A stretch of 64,000 nt of DNA from Eledone cirrhosa (lineage: Eukaryota), in assembly GCA_964016885.1 (NCBI GenBank), contig OZ024747.1, positions 56,296,001 to 56,360,000 of the forward strand, read 5' to 3'. A program made the position numbers and the translations under genes. Shown piece after piece: positions 12,083 to 26,210 of this stretch. The notes under the pieces are model-generated. The model was not told where the DNA came from. It ran no database searches and saw only the letters and a program-made list of their open reading frames with translations. Within the stretch, counting starts at the first letter, position 1; each line of letters opens with the position of its first letter.

Positions 12083-12372
12083 ATGTATAAATCTAGCCAT
12101 AAAACATTGAATTACAGCAGTAATGTCTCCACGAATCACATTGGCCCTGCCTACTATGGAGAAGTAGCATAACACAACAATATAACTTCATCCTGAAGAT
12201 GAGATTATATATGTTTAGGAATAGTTATGGTGGATTTAGAAACTTTACAATGCCAAGGAAACTTTAAGGAACTCATTTGTAAAATATGAACAAAAATATT
12301 GAATCCATAAAATATATAAAACTATAATACAGTGATGTTTACAATGCATGTCTGAAAGTAAAGCTGGTCCCC

Positions 12373-12423
<51 letters not shown>

Positions 12424-12491
12424 TACATACATACCTATATATATATATATATTTTGTTTCTGAATTTGGCAACATGACCCTCCCAAAGCAT

Positions 12492-12552
<61 letters not shown>

Positions 12553-12571
12553 TATAGAGAGAGATATATAT

Positions 12572-12611
<40 letters not shown>

Positions 12612-13088
12612 GCATTCCACAATCCCATACATTTACATACATATATACATATACCTGTGGACACACACATATGTTCATGAGTTATGTTGTTTTTTTTTTT
12701 TTGTTTTTGTATTGCCAAAAATTTATACAGTGGAAGAGATTTATAATCGAGTGTCATTTATATAAAATGCAAACATAAATAGTGGAATATTATTTCCTAA
12801 CGGGATGTCTAAGAGTTCAACTCCCGCTGGGATGTGTTGCACATTCATGTACTTCATATATGCTTCAATGCATCTGCAAGTGACTGAAGGAAAAATATAT
12901 ACTGTTTTATACAAGTATTTGTAGATTTTCTTAAAGCATATCAATTTTTTAAAAGAAAAATAATATCAAGTGCAAATATATATAGAAATATATATAGAAA
13001 TATATATAGAAATATATGAGTGTATATATGTATATATGTGTATATATATATATGTGTGTGTGTGTGTATGTGTGTATATACATATATT

Positions 13089-13130
<42 letters not shown>

Positions 13131-13238
13131 TATATACATATATATATGAGTATATATATATAATGTATGTATATGTATGTAGATATATGTGTGTATATGT
13201 ATGTAGATATATGTGTCTATATATAAAATACATGTATC

Positions 13239-13278
<40 letters not shown>

Positions 13279-13599
13279 CTCCCACACATGTAAACACATA
13301 CACACGCAGTAGACCTGTCTCAGGTCAATGTCTATGGCGAGGTGTTCGGTGGATTGAAAATGATGTGTTAAAATGTATATTATGCCAGACAATATATAAC
13401 CCTAGACACAAGTTCTTGCATCATTGCTTTTGTAAGCATTGAGTAGAAGAAATAGTGGGTGGTACAGAGTTGTGGGCAAAGCTCCAATCAAAATTTCTTC
13501 TAAAATAAAGCCATTTTACCTATGAGGAGATTTGAACTGGGAACCATGAGATAAGGGAATGTTTGTTAACTTACAAAACTTTCTGTTATTATTTTATTA

Positions 13600-14020
13600 G
13601 TAATGCACTGGGTAATTGCTGGCCTTGTGCCAAAAGTCGAAACAATTATTTTATTATATTACAGTTACCTCCCTTTATGGACTGAGTTCAAATCCCGCCG
13701 AGGTTAACTTTACCTTTCATCCTTACGGGGTCGATAATATAAAGTACCAGTAATACACTGGGATAATTGCTGGCCTTGTGCCAAAAGTAGAAACAATTAT
13801 TTTATTATATTACACTATTTTACACAAGGGCAGTATCGGTAGAGGGTTAGCCGCCATGCTTTCTAGCATAGTTACGTCCCATTATGGTCTGAGTTCAAAT
13901 CCCGTTGAGGCTAACTTTGCCTTTCATCCTTACGGGGTCGATAAAATAAAGTACCAGTAATGTACTGGGTAATTGCTGGTACTGGCCTTGTGCCAAAAGT
14001 AGAAACAATTATTTTATTAT
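13600..14020 (+). mobile_element. Cluster of family B SINEs (tRNA head plus Meta/MESC-like domain)
   Basis: gagttcaaatccc B box, then ttaactttgcctttcatccttacggggtcgataaaataaagtaccag, and tail ggccttgtgccaaaagtagaaacaattatt. Three overlapping or partial copies. The domain name is from recall. Confidence 0.85.
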
Positions 14021-14574
14021 TTTACACTTTTACTTGTTTCAGTCATTAGACTGTGGCCATTCTGGGGCACAAATTTGATATCAACCTTTTTTTTTTTTCC
14101 ATTTAGTACTAATACTTATTTTAGATTACAAGACATCAACAGAAAGGCACAAATGGAAACACACAAACACACACACCTGTGTACTCGCACACACTCACAC
14201 GCATGCACACGCATATATATTTCATCATAACGACTCTCATTGTCTTTACCATTTAAAGTTCCATTTACTGCGATTGCATGGGTCAGATGGATCTTATACA
14301 GATGATACATTGATGTTAGCACTGATAAATGTATGTTTTACCAAGAAACTTGAAATCTCTTAATATACAATTTAAACTGTATGTATATTTTTCCCATATG
14401 TTAAACTCCACTTCGTGTTGAGGTCTCTGCACTTTGTTCAGCCAAACAATTCCATATATAAATATATATATCACCTTGATTGCCTTGACCAACCAGTCTG
14501 TCGGGCGCCATACGGCACGTGCTGTTTTAGCCATATGATGACGCCATCCCACTGGCTGGGCGGGCAGGCCGTAA

Positions 14575-14855
14575 GTCTAAAGTCTGTCTAAAGCCAGAAG
14601 GCTCATTTGGCCGGTGCTTACCCCGGTTTCATGGCGTGAAGCGACTGAGAGTACAAGACTACCCTCTGGACAGGACACCAGTCCATCACAGGGTAAAACC
14701 TCCAGATATTGCTGGTACTCATTTTCAGCTGAGTAAACTGGAGCAACGTGAAATAAAGTGTCTTGCTCAAGGAAACAACACATCACTCGGTCCGAGAATT
14801 CAACTCACAACCTTTCGATTGCAAGCCTAATGCTCTAACCACTAAGCCATGCGCC

Positions 14856-14858
<3 letters not shown>
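14575..14858 (-). mobile_element. tRNA/CORE-like SINE with a different body (family D)
   Basis: Same head and CORE-like block as family C, then gagtaccagc...accctgtgatggactggtgtcctgtccag...gtcgcttcacgccatgaaaccgggg. Confidence 0.85.
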
Positions 14859-14894
<36 letters not shown>

Positions 14895-14930
14895 TATATA
14901 TATATTATATATATATATATTATATATATA

Positions 14931-14988
<58 letters not shown>

Positions 14989-14990
<2 letters not shown>

Positions 14991-15095
14991 CGAAGGAAAA
15001 GTGGTAAGGAACCAGGTGGACCATAACGCACCAAAGTACCCAATACTTAGGGTAGTGGAGTGGGTAATAGGAACAAGTAAGACCCCAACGGCTGA
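14989..15095 (-). mobile_element. Family X cassette, truncated
   Basis: Reverse complement of 7106-7211; abuts (TA)n. Confidence 0.85.
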
Positions 15096-15290
15096 ATGAA
15101 AATTTATTCTGGTATTTAAATAGCCGAGCTTATCAAGGGGTAATTCCATATATGGTCAAAGAGATAATCACCAGGATTAGTCACATCACAAGTTAGTAGT
15201 AAATCTGTGATGGCAAATTGGTGGGGGAAGGGGTAGCTAAAATAAAGTAGAATAAATAAGTCAAATGTTTAAAATTTATCTTCGTTTATT

Positions 15291-15345
15291 ATTGCTATAT
15301 ATATTTCGGTGACAGCCATCTTTGGCTGTGACCTCTTCAGGCAGT
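15291..15345 (-). ncRNA. Type I hammerhead ribozyme motif
   Basis: Minus strand: ctgc CTGAAGA ggtcacagcca aaga tggctgtcacc GAAA tatata TA gcaa taataaa. Strong stem II and palindromic stem III. Confidence 0.75.
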
Positions 15346-15441
15346 CCGAATGAGTGTGGTATAGACAATTGGTTTAGAAATATAATTTTAAAATGTTTGC
15401 ATGAAATTATGATGGTTGCATTTTAAATAAATATAAACACT

Positions 15442-15692
15442 GGGCATCAGGTTAGAATGTCTCAGTAAAGAATCGCTGGACAGATGTTATGGGAAAAACT
15501 AACTGGCAGGAGACCCAGAGGTAGACCCCGAGCAAGGTGGTTGGATAACATCCATAAGCTTGGTTGGTCACTCTTGGTGATCCAGCCGGGTCAGTTGGGG
15601 ATGGCTGCTTCTGACAGAACTCACTGGAGGGAGTGTTTGATGACTCTGCTGCCATGACAGTTCTCAGGAATAAGTTGTCAAAGAAAAAGAAG
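15442..15692 (+). pseudogene. RTE-clade LINE 3' end (ORF C-terminus)
   Basis: Manual translation: GHQVRMSQ*RIAGQMLWEKLTGRRPRGRPRARWLDNIHKLGWSLL...DRTHWRECLMTLLP*. The GH...GRRPRGRP..RW.D pattern is the RTE C-terminal motif. Followed by an AAG-rich tail. Confidence 0.8.
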
Positions 15693-15892
15693 ATAAACAC
15701 TTTAAAACAAACAACAATGTATTGTAATATCAGGTGGTTCGCTATCAAAAGAGTTAACCCTTTCATTAGCATACCATCTTTTCTCTTGTAACAATTAATG
15801 AATGAATGTATTACGTCATGCAGTAATACAGAGTACCCGACCTCCCATGGGCACAAGCTGAAGCATATAGACAATATGCCCCCACACCCTAC

Positions 15893-16163
15893 CACAGCAA
15901 AGTGGTCGTGGAGGTGCCACGGCAAAAAAGCACCCAGCCCACACTGCAAAGTGGACGTGTAGCGCCACGGAAAAAAGCACCCAGCACTCACTGTAAATGA
16001 GGTTGGTGTTAGGAAGGGCATCTAGCTGTAGAAATCAAGCCAAAATCCGTTCCTGTATGAGCAAGGCCAACCAGACACTGCCCACAACAGGACAACCCGT
16101 CTAACCCATGTTAGCATCGAAGAACAGACGTAAAACGGTGATGATGATGATGATGATGATGAT
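15893..16163 (+). mobile_element. Family C SINE body with an internal duplication and an (ATG)n tail
   Basis: gcaaagtgg...gccacgg.aaaaaagcacc occurs twice, then ttaggaagggcatc and cccatgttagcat...gacgtaaaacggtgatgatg. Confidence 0.8.
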
Positions 16164-16164
16164 T

Positions 16165-17050
16165 ACTACCCCAGTCATTGGATATATCCTCATTCTGTAT
16201 TACCTGATTGATTATAGGGGTGACTAGTTCAGATCCTACATCTCTAGGTGATTTCAACCTCTCAGCATCTATCTCAGACAATCCAGCAGCTTTACCCTCT
16301 TTTATCTCCTTGATTGCTTTCTTGACCCTACAACTGTTAATTCTGATAGCTGGCCCCTCTGTTAGGTCAGCTGGAGGTAGAGCCCGGATTTAATGGGGGG
16401 AAAAGTGGGCAATTGTCCTAGGGTCTCTGCAGAGGGCGCCCCCACCAACATCAGCTGTAGCAATTTATTTGTGCCCTTATTCTTGTTAGTTTTAGGATGG
16501 TTAGAATTTTTTGATTTAATACCTGTATGTATAACTTTTCAATTCTAATTACTTGCGCCAAGCTAACTTTGATATGTAAAACCACACATGAATTGCCCCG
16601 GACCCCAAGGTCTAAATCCAACCCTGGGTGGAAATAGTCTCTCTTCTTCGCATACACTCTCCACATTCCTCAACCTCTCATACTACCATTTTCAGGCTTT
16701 TTCTTTTGGGTGTTAGTGAGGCTAAATGCACTGTCTTCATTTTGAATATTTTTTCCCAACAACTTTTTATTCATATTAGCATTCTGCTTTAAAATGCAGA
16801 ACACTTCATACCTCTGATCCTCATGGTGTAGGACATTGGCAAACCTCCTGCTTTCAGTATCTTTGCTTGCTATGTATACCTGTTGTCTAGTCACTATTTT
16901 AGCTAACTTTTATTAATCTTTTCTGTCTCCATTTTTCCACCCTTTCCATGCTAGTCTCTTCTTGGCTTTAACATCTCTGTCCATAGTACTGTTCCACCAT
17001 TAGGACACTCTCTGTCCAGCTGGTGCTTCCTCTAGCCAAAAATCTTGTTA
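16165..17050 (-). pseudogene. RTE-clade LINE internal fragment (EN-RT linker and pre-RT)
   Basis: Minus strand reads RQQVYIA...RRFANVLHHEDQRYEVFCI and VKKAIKEIKEGKAAGLSEIDAERLK...LVTPII, collinear with 49180-49630. Confidence 0.8.
16378..16626. mobile_element. hAT-like MITE inside the RTE fragment
   Basis: Ends tagagcccggattta / taaatccaaccctg; degenerate 8-bp flanks gctggagg / ggtggaaa. Confidence 0.55.
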
Positions 17051-17485
17051 GTAGCTCATAGATGGCTGTCTGAAATAATTAGAATATATTGGGTTTGCCT
17101 TGCAACCACATAGTTCAGGGTTCAGTCTTGATGTATGGCACCGTGAGCAAGTGTTTTCTATTATAACCACTGATTGATTAATGCCATGTGAGTAAAATTC
17201 AAAAAAAAAATTTGCATGGAAGTCACTCATATGTGTGTGTGCATGTGCATGTGATGTGTGTGTTTGTGTGCATGATATGTGTGTTTGTGTGTATGATATG
17301 TCTATGATGTGTGTGTTTGTATGTGTGATATGTGTATGATGTGTGTGTTTGTGTGCATGATATGTCTATGATGTGTGTGTTTATGTGTGTGATATATGCC
17401 TGATGTGTTTGTTTGTGTGGGTGTCTTTGTTTAACTGCTAACTTAGTGGTTCATCCACAAGAGGTTGATATAATGGTATCTGATT

Positions 17486-17882
17486 TTAGGCACAAGGCCA
17501 GCAATTTTGAGTGTGTTTGTGTGTGTGTGTGGGGGGGGGGGGTCAGTTAAATCATCCCCAGTACATTACTGGTACTTTATTTTATTGACCCCTTAAGGAT
17601 GAAAGGCAAAGCTAACCATGGCAGGATTTGAACTCAGAACATAAAGGGTCACAACTTTAACCTTCAAAGCATGTTGTCCGTCACTCTACCAATATTGTTT
17701 CTACTTTTGGCACAAGGCCAGCAATTACCCCAGTGCATTACTGGTACTTTATTTTATCGACCCCATAAGGATGAAAGGCAAAGTTAACCTCGGCGGGATT
17801 TGAACTCAGACCATAAAGGGACGTATCTCTTTGTTGCAAAGCATGGCGTCCGACCCTCTACCGATACTGCCAATCCACTGCT
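17486..17882 (-). mobile_element. Two tandem family B SINEs
   Basis: Reverse complements of 45122-45315; the first is more diverged and carries a (TG)n(G)n insert. Confidence 0.85.
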
Positions 17883-18619
17883 ATATACCATGCCCAATTC
17901 ACTAGACTTGATATAATCGACTAATTGCCTTCAAAGTTGTGCCCCAGCATGGCCTCAGTTTGAGTGAAACTAGTAAAAGAATATTAGAATATGCGCATAA
18001 GTGTATTTCTGTGTATGTCTCTCTGAGTCTATGTAGCCATGCATAAGTGTGCATGTGTGTATGTATTGCATGTATATCTGAGTATATATATATATATGTG
18101 TGAATGCATGTGAGTGTGTAAATGTGTGTATGATATGTATGTATACATATATATATATGTGTTCATGATATCATTTATGTGTATAAATATGTCTAAATAC
18201 ATGTGTATGTGTGAGTCCTGAATTCATGTCACTATATATATATATGTGTGTGGGGGGGGGGTATGAATGCATGTGTGTGAATGTATGTGTATGTGTATGC
18301 TTGTGAGTATATAAATATGTCTGTGTGAATACTTGTGTATGTGTATGCATGTCAGTATATATGTATGTGAGTGTGCATGTGTATGTGTGCGTATATATGC
18401 ATGTTTGTATATATATATGTGGGCATGTGAATAAATGTGTATGCATACGCATGTCAGTATATATATTATGTGTGTGTGTGTGTATGCATGTCAGAATATA
18501 TATATGTGGGTGTGAGAATGCATGTGTATGTGTATGTGTATGCATATCACTATATATATATGTGGGTGCGAGAATGTATGTGTATGCGTACACATGTCAG
18601 TAAATATATATGTGTGGGT

Positions 18620-19305
18620 GTTTGAATGCATGTCAATGTGAATGCATGTGTGTGAATGCATGTGTGTGAATGCATGTGTGTGAATGCATGTGCGTGAATG
18701 CATGTGTGTGAATGCATGCATGTGAATGCATGTGTGTGAATGCATGTGCGTGAATGCATATGTGCAAATGCATGTGTGTGAATGCATGTGTGAATACATG
18801 TGTGAGTGTGTATGTGAATCAGTAAATATATATGTGGGTGTGTTAATGCATGTGTGTGAATGCATGTGTGTGTATGTATGTGTATGGATGAATGTGTGTG
18901 AATGTGTGTGTATGAATGCATGCGTGTGAATGCATGTGTATGAATACATGTGTGTGAATGCATGTGTATGAATCCATGTGTGAATGCATGCGTATGAATA
19001 CATGTGTGTGAATGCATGTGTATGAATACATGTGTGTGAATGCATGTGTATGAATACATGTGTGAATGCATGTGTATGAATACATGTGTATGAATACATG
19101 TGTGTGAATGCATGTGTGTGAATACATGTGTTAATACATGTGTATGAATGCATGTGTATGAATATATGTGTATGAATACATGTGTGTGAATGCATGTGTA
19201 TGAATACATGTGTGTGAATGCATGTGTGTGAATACATGTGTGTGAATGCATGTGTGTGTATGCATGTGTGAATGCATGATTATGAAAACGGGTGTGAATG
19301 CATGT
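18620..19305. repeat. ~14-bp satellite (TGAATGCATGTGTG)n within a ~2.1-kb TG/TA-rich block (18000-20085)
   Basis: Read directly; source of the HTHAFTHMHS ORFs. Confidence 0.95.
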
Positions 19306-20169
19306 ACATTTATCCATATTTTTCTGCATTTTTGTGCAATTTTGTCTGTGTGTTTGTGCATTTATGTATCTTTGTGTGTGTGTGTGTGGGTGTGTGTGGG
19401 TGTGTGTGGGTGTGTGTGGGTGGGTGTGTGTGTGGGTGTTTATCTATGTGTGTTTTCATGACTGTGTATATTTGTTCATGAGTGTGTCTGTACATATCTG
19501 CATGTGACCAAGTTTGGATGTCTATGCCTCTGTGTGTGTGTGAGTGTGTGTATGCATGTATGTGTGTATGTATGTTTGTGTATGTACATGTTTGTTTGCC
19601 CACGCCTTTGTACCTCTGTGTGAGCATGTGTGTGTCTGTGTGTATGTATGTGTATATGTATGTTTGTGTATATGCATGTTTCGATGTCCGCGCCTATGTC
19701 TATGCCTCTCTGTGTGTGTGTCTGTCTGTGTGGCTATGTATGTGTGTGTCTCTCAGTGTATATACGTGTGTGTATCTGTGTGTATGTATGTGTGTGTGCA
19801 TGTTTGGATGTCCATACCTGTGTATGTCTGTGTTTGTGTGTGCATGTGTATGTATGTGTGCATGTTTGGATGTCCATGCCTGTGTGTCGATGCCTGTGAG
19901 TATATGTGTGTGTCTGTATGTATGTCTGTGTGTGTGTGTGTATATCTGTGTGTATATATGTATGTGTGTTTGTGCATGTTTGGATGTCCATGGCTGTATG
20001 TCTATGCCCGTGCATGAATCTATATGTGTGTCTGTGTGTGTGCGTGTGTGTGTCTGTCTGTGTGTGTGTGTGTCTGTGTGTGTCAGATTTGATGACTAAG
20101 CAATTGGTCACTCCTTTAAAAATATATATAAAAAAATAAATAGAGAGGAATCAGGTAAGAATGGGGTCA

Positions 20170-21790
20170 GATGATGATGGTATGAGGGGGAAAGGGAGGA
20201 GAAAGGGAAAGAGTGATGAAAGAGAGAGAGTATCGGGGGAAAGAGAGTACTGAGAGAGAGTGAGAGAGAGTAAAGAGAAAGAGGAGAGTTCTGAGACAGC
20301 TAGAGAGAGTAAGGAGAAAGACCAGAGTTATGAGAAAGCTAGAGAGAGAGAGAGAGAGAGAGAGCAAGGAAAATGAGGAGAGTTATGAGACAGTTAGGGC
20401 AAGAGAGAGAGAAAGAGAGAGAGAGGGAGAGAGAGAGAGGTGAGAGTAAGGAATGGGGGAGAGGAAGGCAAAAGAGAGAGAAAGAGAGGAATTGATTAGC
20501 ATTGGGGGTGAGCTGCTGATGGTAAGGGGAGAGCAATCATGGGAGAAGATTCACATAGCAATGGGGTCAGATACTGATAGTAAGATGGGGTGGGGGGAAG
20601 TAAGGAGGGAGTTTGACGGGGACAGGGGGAGAGGATTCAAGGGAGAGTATCCAGATAGCAGGGGGGGGGTCTGCTACTACTGATGACGATTGTAGGGGAG
20701 AACAAAATGATGGGGAGCAAGGCAGCAGGAGAGGGCAAGTCAAGGGAGGTCAGTTGCTGATTGTAGGAGGGAAGGGATATATGGATAGGGAATAAGGAGA
20801 TAAGGGAGAGGAATCAGGTAGGGCTGCAATACTGGGGTGGGGGAGGGCAAGGAAGGAGTGTAAGCATACAGGAGTGAGGAGGAATGAGGGGACGAGAGGG
20901 TAGGGGTTTTGTGTTGCAATGGGGTCAGATAGTAATTGCAGGAGGGGAATGTAAGGATGGAGCTTTAGGAGACAGGGGAGAGGAATGAGATCCTAGTGTG
21001 GTCAGCATTGATGTTAGATGGGAGAGAGAGAGGGGTGAGGAATGGGGTAGGTGGAGTGTGGGCTTGTATTGGTAGGAGGGGGTGTCAGGGGACAGGAATC
21101 TGTGGTTGTGGAAGAATTAAAATATAGTAGTGGACACAGCAAGGAACAGAGAGAGGGGGGGGGAGAGAGAGAGAAAGGAAAGGGAGGCAGGTAGTGAGAG
21201 ACAGACAGAGAAGGACTGACGAAGAGAGGGAGAGGGGGAAAAGACACAGAGGGAGAAGGAAACAGGGGGAGAGAGACAAATAGGGGCAGAAAGAGAGACA
21301 AAGTGAGAATGGGGGAGATAGGGAGAGAGGCATAGAGGGAGTGGGGGAGACAGAGAGAAATGTAAGAGACAGAGGGAGAGAGAGAGGGGGAGAGAGAGAG
21401 AGTTGATTGTAAAGAAATGAAGAATAGAGAGAGATAGCAAAGGAGAATGTCACAGAGGAAGAATTCAATAAACTAAGTAGGTGAGGGTGGATGAAAGTCA
21501 CTGAAAGAGAGTAAGAATTATGATGGAAAGATCTGTAAAGAGAGATAGAGAGAGTAAGAGGTGAGTGAGAGGGAAAGGAGAGAGAGAACTATAGATGGTG
21601 GCTTAGAGGAGAGGGGGAAGGGAAATGAGCCAAAAAAATGGTTGTGGGAGGAGGACAAATATTAGTTTTAGAAGGTTGCAGAGAAAGGGAGTGGACAAGA
21701 GAGTAGAAGTAAGAGGCTAGTAAGGAATTTGAGGTGGCAGGAGGAGTAAAGATAAAAGTAGAGGGATAAGAAGAGGGTGAGATCAAAGAA
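20170..21790. repeat. Strand-biased purine (GA/G-rich) low-complexity tract
   Basis: (GA)n and many G4-G9 runs on the plus strand. Confidence 0.85.
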
Positions 21791-22194
21791 GGAACCCTTT
21801 AATTACCATATTTCTAATGAAAAAGTCTTTGTTTCAATTAATTATTGAAGAATTTTGAGGGATTTATTAAAACTATTTACTCCTTAACTAAGATAGTAAC
21901 TTAATATATGGTTCTGATATAAAATCATGCAGAAAGATTCTATTTTAATTAGAAACCCTTGAAAACTTTCATGACTTCATTTCTATCAATTAATTAATGA
22001 AGAATTTTGAAATGATTTTAGCAGAAAATATCTAAAAATAGGTTTGGTAATACAAATGTTTATAATATTTTTACTACTGGATAGATTGTCATGAACATTC
22101 AAAATATTAGAGTAAAGACTTCAATGTTTAAAATGATGCAGTCATAGTGTTTTGAAGAATGTCTTCTTAATGCAGTTTCATGTGACATAGAACA

Positions 22195-22413
22195 TTAACC
22201 CTTTAGCATTTAAACCAGCTGTATCCAGCTAGAATTCTTTCCCATTTTTGAAACTGGTCATAACCAGCAGCTCACGCTGACGTTTTTAAAATAAACAGTA
22301 AAATCATCAAAATCTCATAGACTTGAGATTATATAAGATAATTATGTGAGATAAGGCCTTTACCATGAATATTCAATAGTAAATACGGAGTAATGTAAAT
22401 GGTAAAGGGTTAA
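22195..22413. mobile_element. piggyBac-like MITE M1, intact
   Basis: TTAA CCCTTTAGCATTTA ... TAAATGGTAAAGGG TTAA. Confidence 0.85.
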
Positions 22414-23145
22414 GATATAATTTTGACTGGTTGAACATAGACCAAGTTTTCTGACAGGATGGCTTCTTCTCACCACTAAATATATGGGGAAATTTTGATG
22501 TGTATGGCTCTGGAAGGATATATAGGTTGTGTCTTGATAATTATAATTAGTCAGGGGTTTTATAGCTAATATTAGTAAATATATGGGGAAATTATGATGT
22601 GAATGGCTCTGGAAGGGTATATTGGTTGTGTCTTGATAAGTAGTCAGCCGTTTTGTAGCTAATATTAGACACATTATATCATCACTCTACAAAATTCTTA
22701 TGATACCTGGTGAATTAACATTGTTAAAATGTTAATATGTTTTATGGTATTTGTTCTGGCTTTCTCTGCTCTCTGATTTCAAAACCAGCCAACATCAACA
22801 TTCCCTTTCATCATTTTGTGATCAATTAAAAGTCCCAATTGATTCTTCTATTATATCTCTTTCTCACTTCCTGTCTATCACTCTCTCTTTCACCTTCTAT
22901 GGAAGGAATCAGCACAATCATATTACCACCCTACTATAAGCTAATGGTATCCCCATCCTGCTATAAACCAATAGTATTACCACTTTACGATATCATCATC
23001 ATCATCATCCTTTTTTAACGTCCACTTTCCATGCTAGCATGGGTTAGACGGCAATGGTATTACCACGTTGCTATAAACCTATAGTTTTACCACTCTACGA
23101 TATGCCAGTGATATCACCACCCTGCTATAAACCTATAGTATTATC

Positions 23146-23313
23146 CATGGCCTATGAGAGGGGCATCCAGCTGGTACTTTGATCCAGGGCCCAAGAGCTA
23201 AGAAGGCCCCCACAGCAACCATGCAACATCCATTTTGAGAAAAATCTTTGCCTGCTTTGGACCCCAAATGTGTCTTGTCGTCTCACCTTGCAAACTTTCA
23301 CTTGGAGGCCCTG
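23146..23313. mobile_element. hAT-like MITE with 8-bp TSD
   Basis: Ends catggcctatgag / cttggaggccctg; flanks gtattatc (23138-23145) and gtattacc (23314-23321). Confidence 0.7.
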
Positions 23314-24657
23314 GTATTACCACTCTACAATATGCCAATGGTATCACCACCCAGCAATAAAACAATGATACCACAATACTGTGATATCTGAATGATATCA
23401 CAACACTGTAATATCGCTATGATACTCTTACTCTCCTTACAACCAGTCATAGTAATGAAGGATATCCAGCTTCACATAAAACATATCATGGAAGTGTCTG
23501 GTCTCTATCAGAACACTGACAACAGTAAGATAATGTTGTTGGGTCTAATCAGTGCTCAGAAGTTTGAATCAATGGCCTGATGATTGAACGGGTTAAAAGA
23601 TTCCAATACCTGACAGGGGCAGAACAGAGAGAGAGAGAGGGGGGAAGGTGGGAGGAGAGACAGAGAAAGATAATGAGTGAGGGTTGAGAAAAAGAGAGAG
23701 ACTTGAAGGACTGTAGCTTCATGCCTAAAAGCACATATCAAACTCCTGGCCCTCAAGTCACAAGTATAGTTTCACGGCTTCACACACTCACACACATATA
23801 TATATATATATATATATAAACACACACAGACACACATACATATACACACACACATATACACACATATACACACATATATATACTCATGTATTGAGTTTTG
23901 TTTCACTCAGGTTGGTACAGCCAACCTATATATGTGTAAGTTGATGTAGGGAGGGGGAGGAGGTCTGTGTGTGTGTGTGTGTGTGTGTGTGTCTATGTGT
24001 GTGTAGGTCTGTGTAGGTGTGTGTCTGTGTCACTATATGTGTATGTGTTCATGTATGTCTGCCTTACAATTTCACAGAGAAGATAATGGGTTACTCAAGG
24101 CTTCTTTAAAAAAGCATTAGCCTAAGGTTTCACACAGTGGAGAATGAACTTGAAACCATATGGCAGGTTGTGAAGTGTATGAAGTGAACACTTCACCTGC
24201 ACCTACACTTCACCTGTATGAAGTATTTATTTTATTTATTTTTTTTTTTTTTGCTATTTCTCATACAAAACTTATAAATCTCTACCTGAACTAAGGTAAA
24301 GTTGGGAAAGAAATACATATCGAAATGGTTAAAATTACATTAATATGATGTAAAAAACACAAAGGAAAAAATATATTGTTGGGTAAAACGCTAAATTAAT
24401 AAAGGTGTAAACAAATGAGGGATTGAGAGATTGAAAGAATAAGAGAATGAGAGAATAAAGAAATGACAAAAAATAAACAAACCCACAAAACCTTGTGTTA
24501 TTTTTCAATTAATTATTCCTAAAAGCATGCCTGATTAAATGTTGTGTTGTAGGGACATACAACATTTCATATAGCACTTTTATAATTTAACAACATGCTA
24601 GCTAAATGAATAACAGAATAAAAAAAACAAATTATTATTTTTATTATTTTTCATTAT

Positions 24658-24704
<47 letters not shown>

Positions 24705-24815
24705 AAAGTTTTACGGTGCATATATATATATATATATATATAAAAGTTTTATGATGTACATATATATATGTATAAATATATATATATATATATATATAAA
24801 AGTTTTACGATGTAC

Positions 24816-24885
<70 letters not shown>

Positions 24886-25638
24886 ATATATAGTTATATA
24901 TATATATATGTATATATATATATAAACATGATTTTCTTTAGATTGTATATATAAAAAGAAAGACTTGAGATTAACGGAATAAAAGGATAGACTTTCTTGG
25001 AAGTTGTTTTTCCTTCCAACTTTTTTTATATCATCGCATTATGTTAACTTAATGAAAGAGATAAAAAAAGAACAAAAAAAAAAAAGAGAATAACAGATCA
25101 AAGGAATAAAGAAATTAAAAAACAAACAAGAATCAACAAACACTGATGATATCATGTGAACAGAATTAAAGGATAGCGAAGAATACACACACCTACACAC
25201 ACACACAAATATATGAAACAATATAATCACGATAAAGGCAATGCAACAAAGATTTTTTTTATACCGTTTTCAAATATGTCAAACCCAACATTAATAAATA
25301 TATGAAGGGGCTTCTATACACTTTCTTTTGTTCTTATTTAATCGTTCAATATTTAATTTTTACATATTAACATGTTGTTTTCTTATTGTATCTTAATAAA
25401 GAAAAAGAAGGTATGGAACTATAAAAGATTGAAGGGAAAACAATGGGTGTATCAAAAATATATATAGTCAGATGAGGCTGAAGAAATTTGGTGAAATTAT
25501 CATACCTTAGTGTTTGAAGGTGTTAAGATTGATATATAATTAATCCTTCATGTATATAAGTAGGTATGTGTGTGTATGTAAATGAGTGTGTGTATATATA
25601 TAAATATGTATAAATATATATATGTGCGTGTGTGAGTG

Positions 25639-25672
<34 letters not shown>

Positions 25673-25679
25673 TATATAA

Positions 25680-25712
<33 letters not shown>

Positions 25713-25713
25713 A

Positions 25714-25802
<89 letters not shown>

Positions 25803-25954
25803 TGTATATATATATATATGTGTGTGTGTGTCTGTATACATGTGTATACGAGTATATCTATTCCAGAATAATACTAAGAGTAAATGGCTATATATATATA
25901 TATATATACCTATCATATACATGTTTACATACCTACATATTAGGTATGGGTATA

Positions 25955-26210
25955 TTATTCATGTTGGTATAGTTTCAGTTACACTCTCCGTATTTATACA
26001 GATATCTTGCATAGTTTCCCAGTCTATTCCTCTGGAGATCTTCTTTGAAAGTTGAGCGCCAAGTTTTCTTGAGTTTCCCCTTTTTCCACTTACCCCTGAC
26101 TGGGAACCATCTCATTGCCACAGAGAGTTTCTGGTACTCAGACATGCACAGAATGTGTCCAGCCAGTTTCAGGCACCTTTAAGCATTGGTGTCAGTCAGT
26201 AACCTCTGTT
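25955..26210 (-). pseudogene. RTE-clade LINE 3' ORF remnant
   Basis: Minus-strand translation: RCLKLAGHILCMSEYQKLSVAMRWFPVRGKWKKGKLKKTWRSTFKEDL. Confidence 0.7.

Noticed and set aside
12880-12950. ctgaagg...taaagcatatc as a hammerhead
   Set aside because: Both core strands deviate from consensus and no second copy in the window supports it.
18620-19305. His/Cys-rich repeat protein, or an octamer-site array
   Set aside because: It is a simple 14-bp satellite grading into (TG)n, with no splice or codon evidence.
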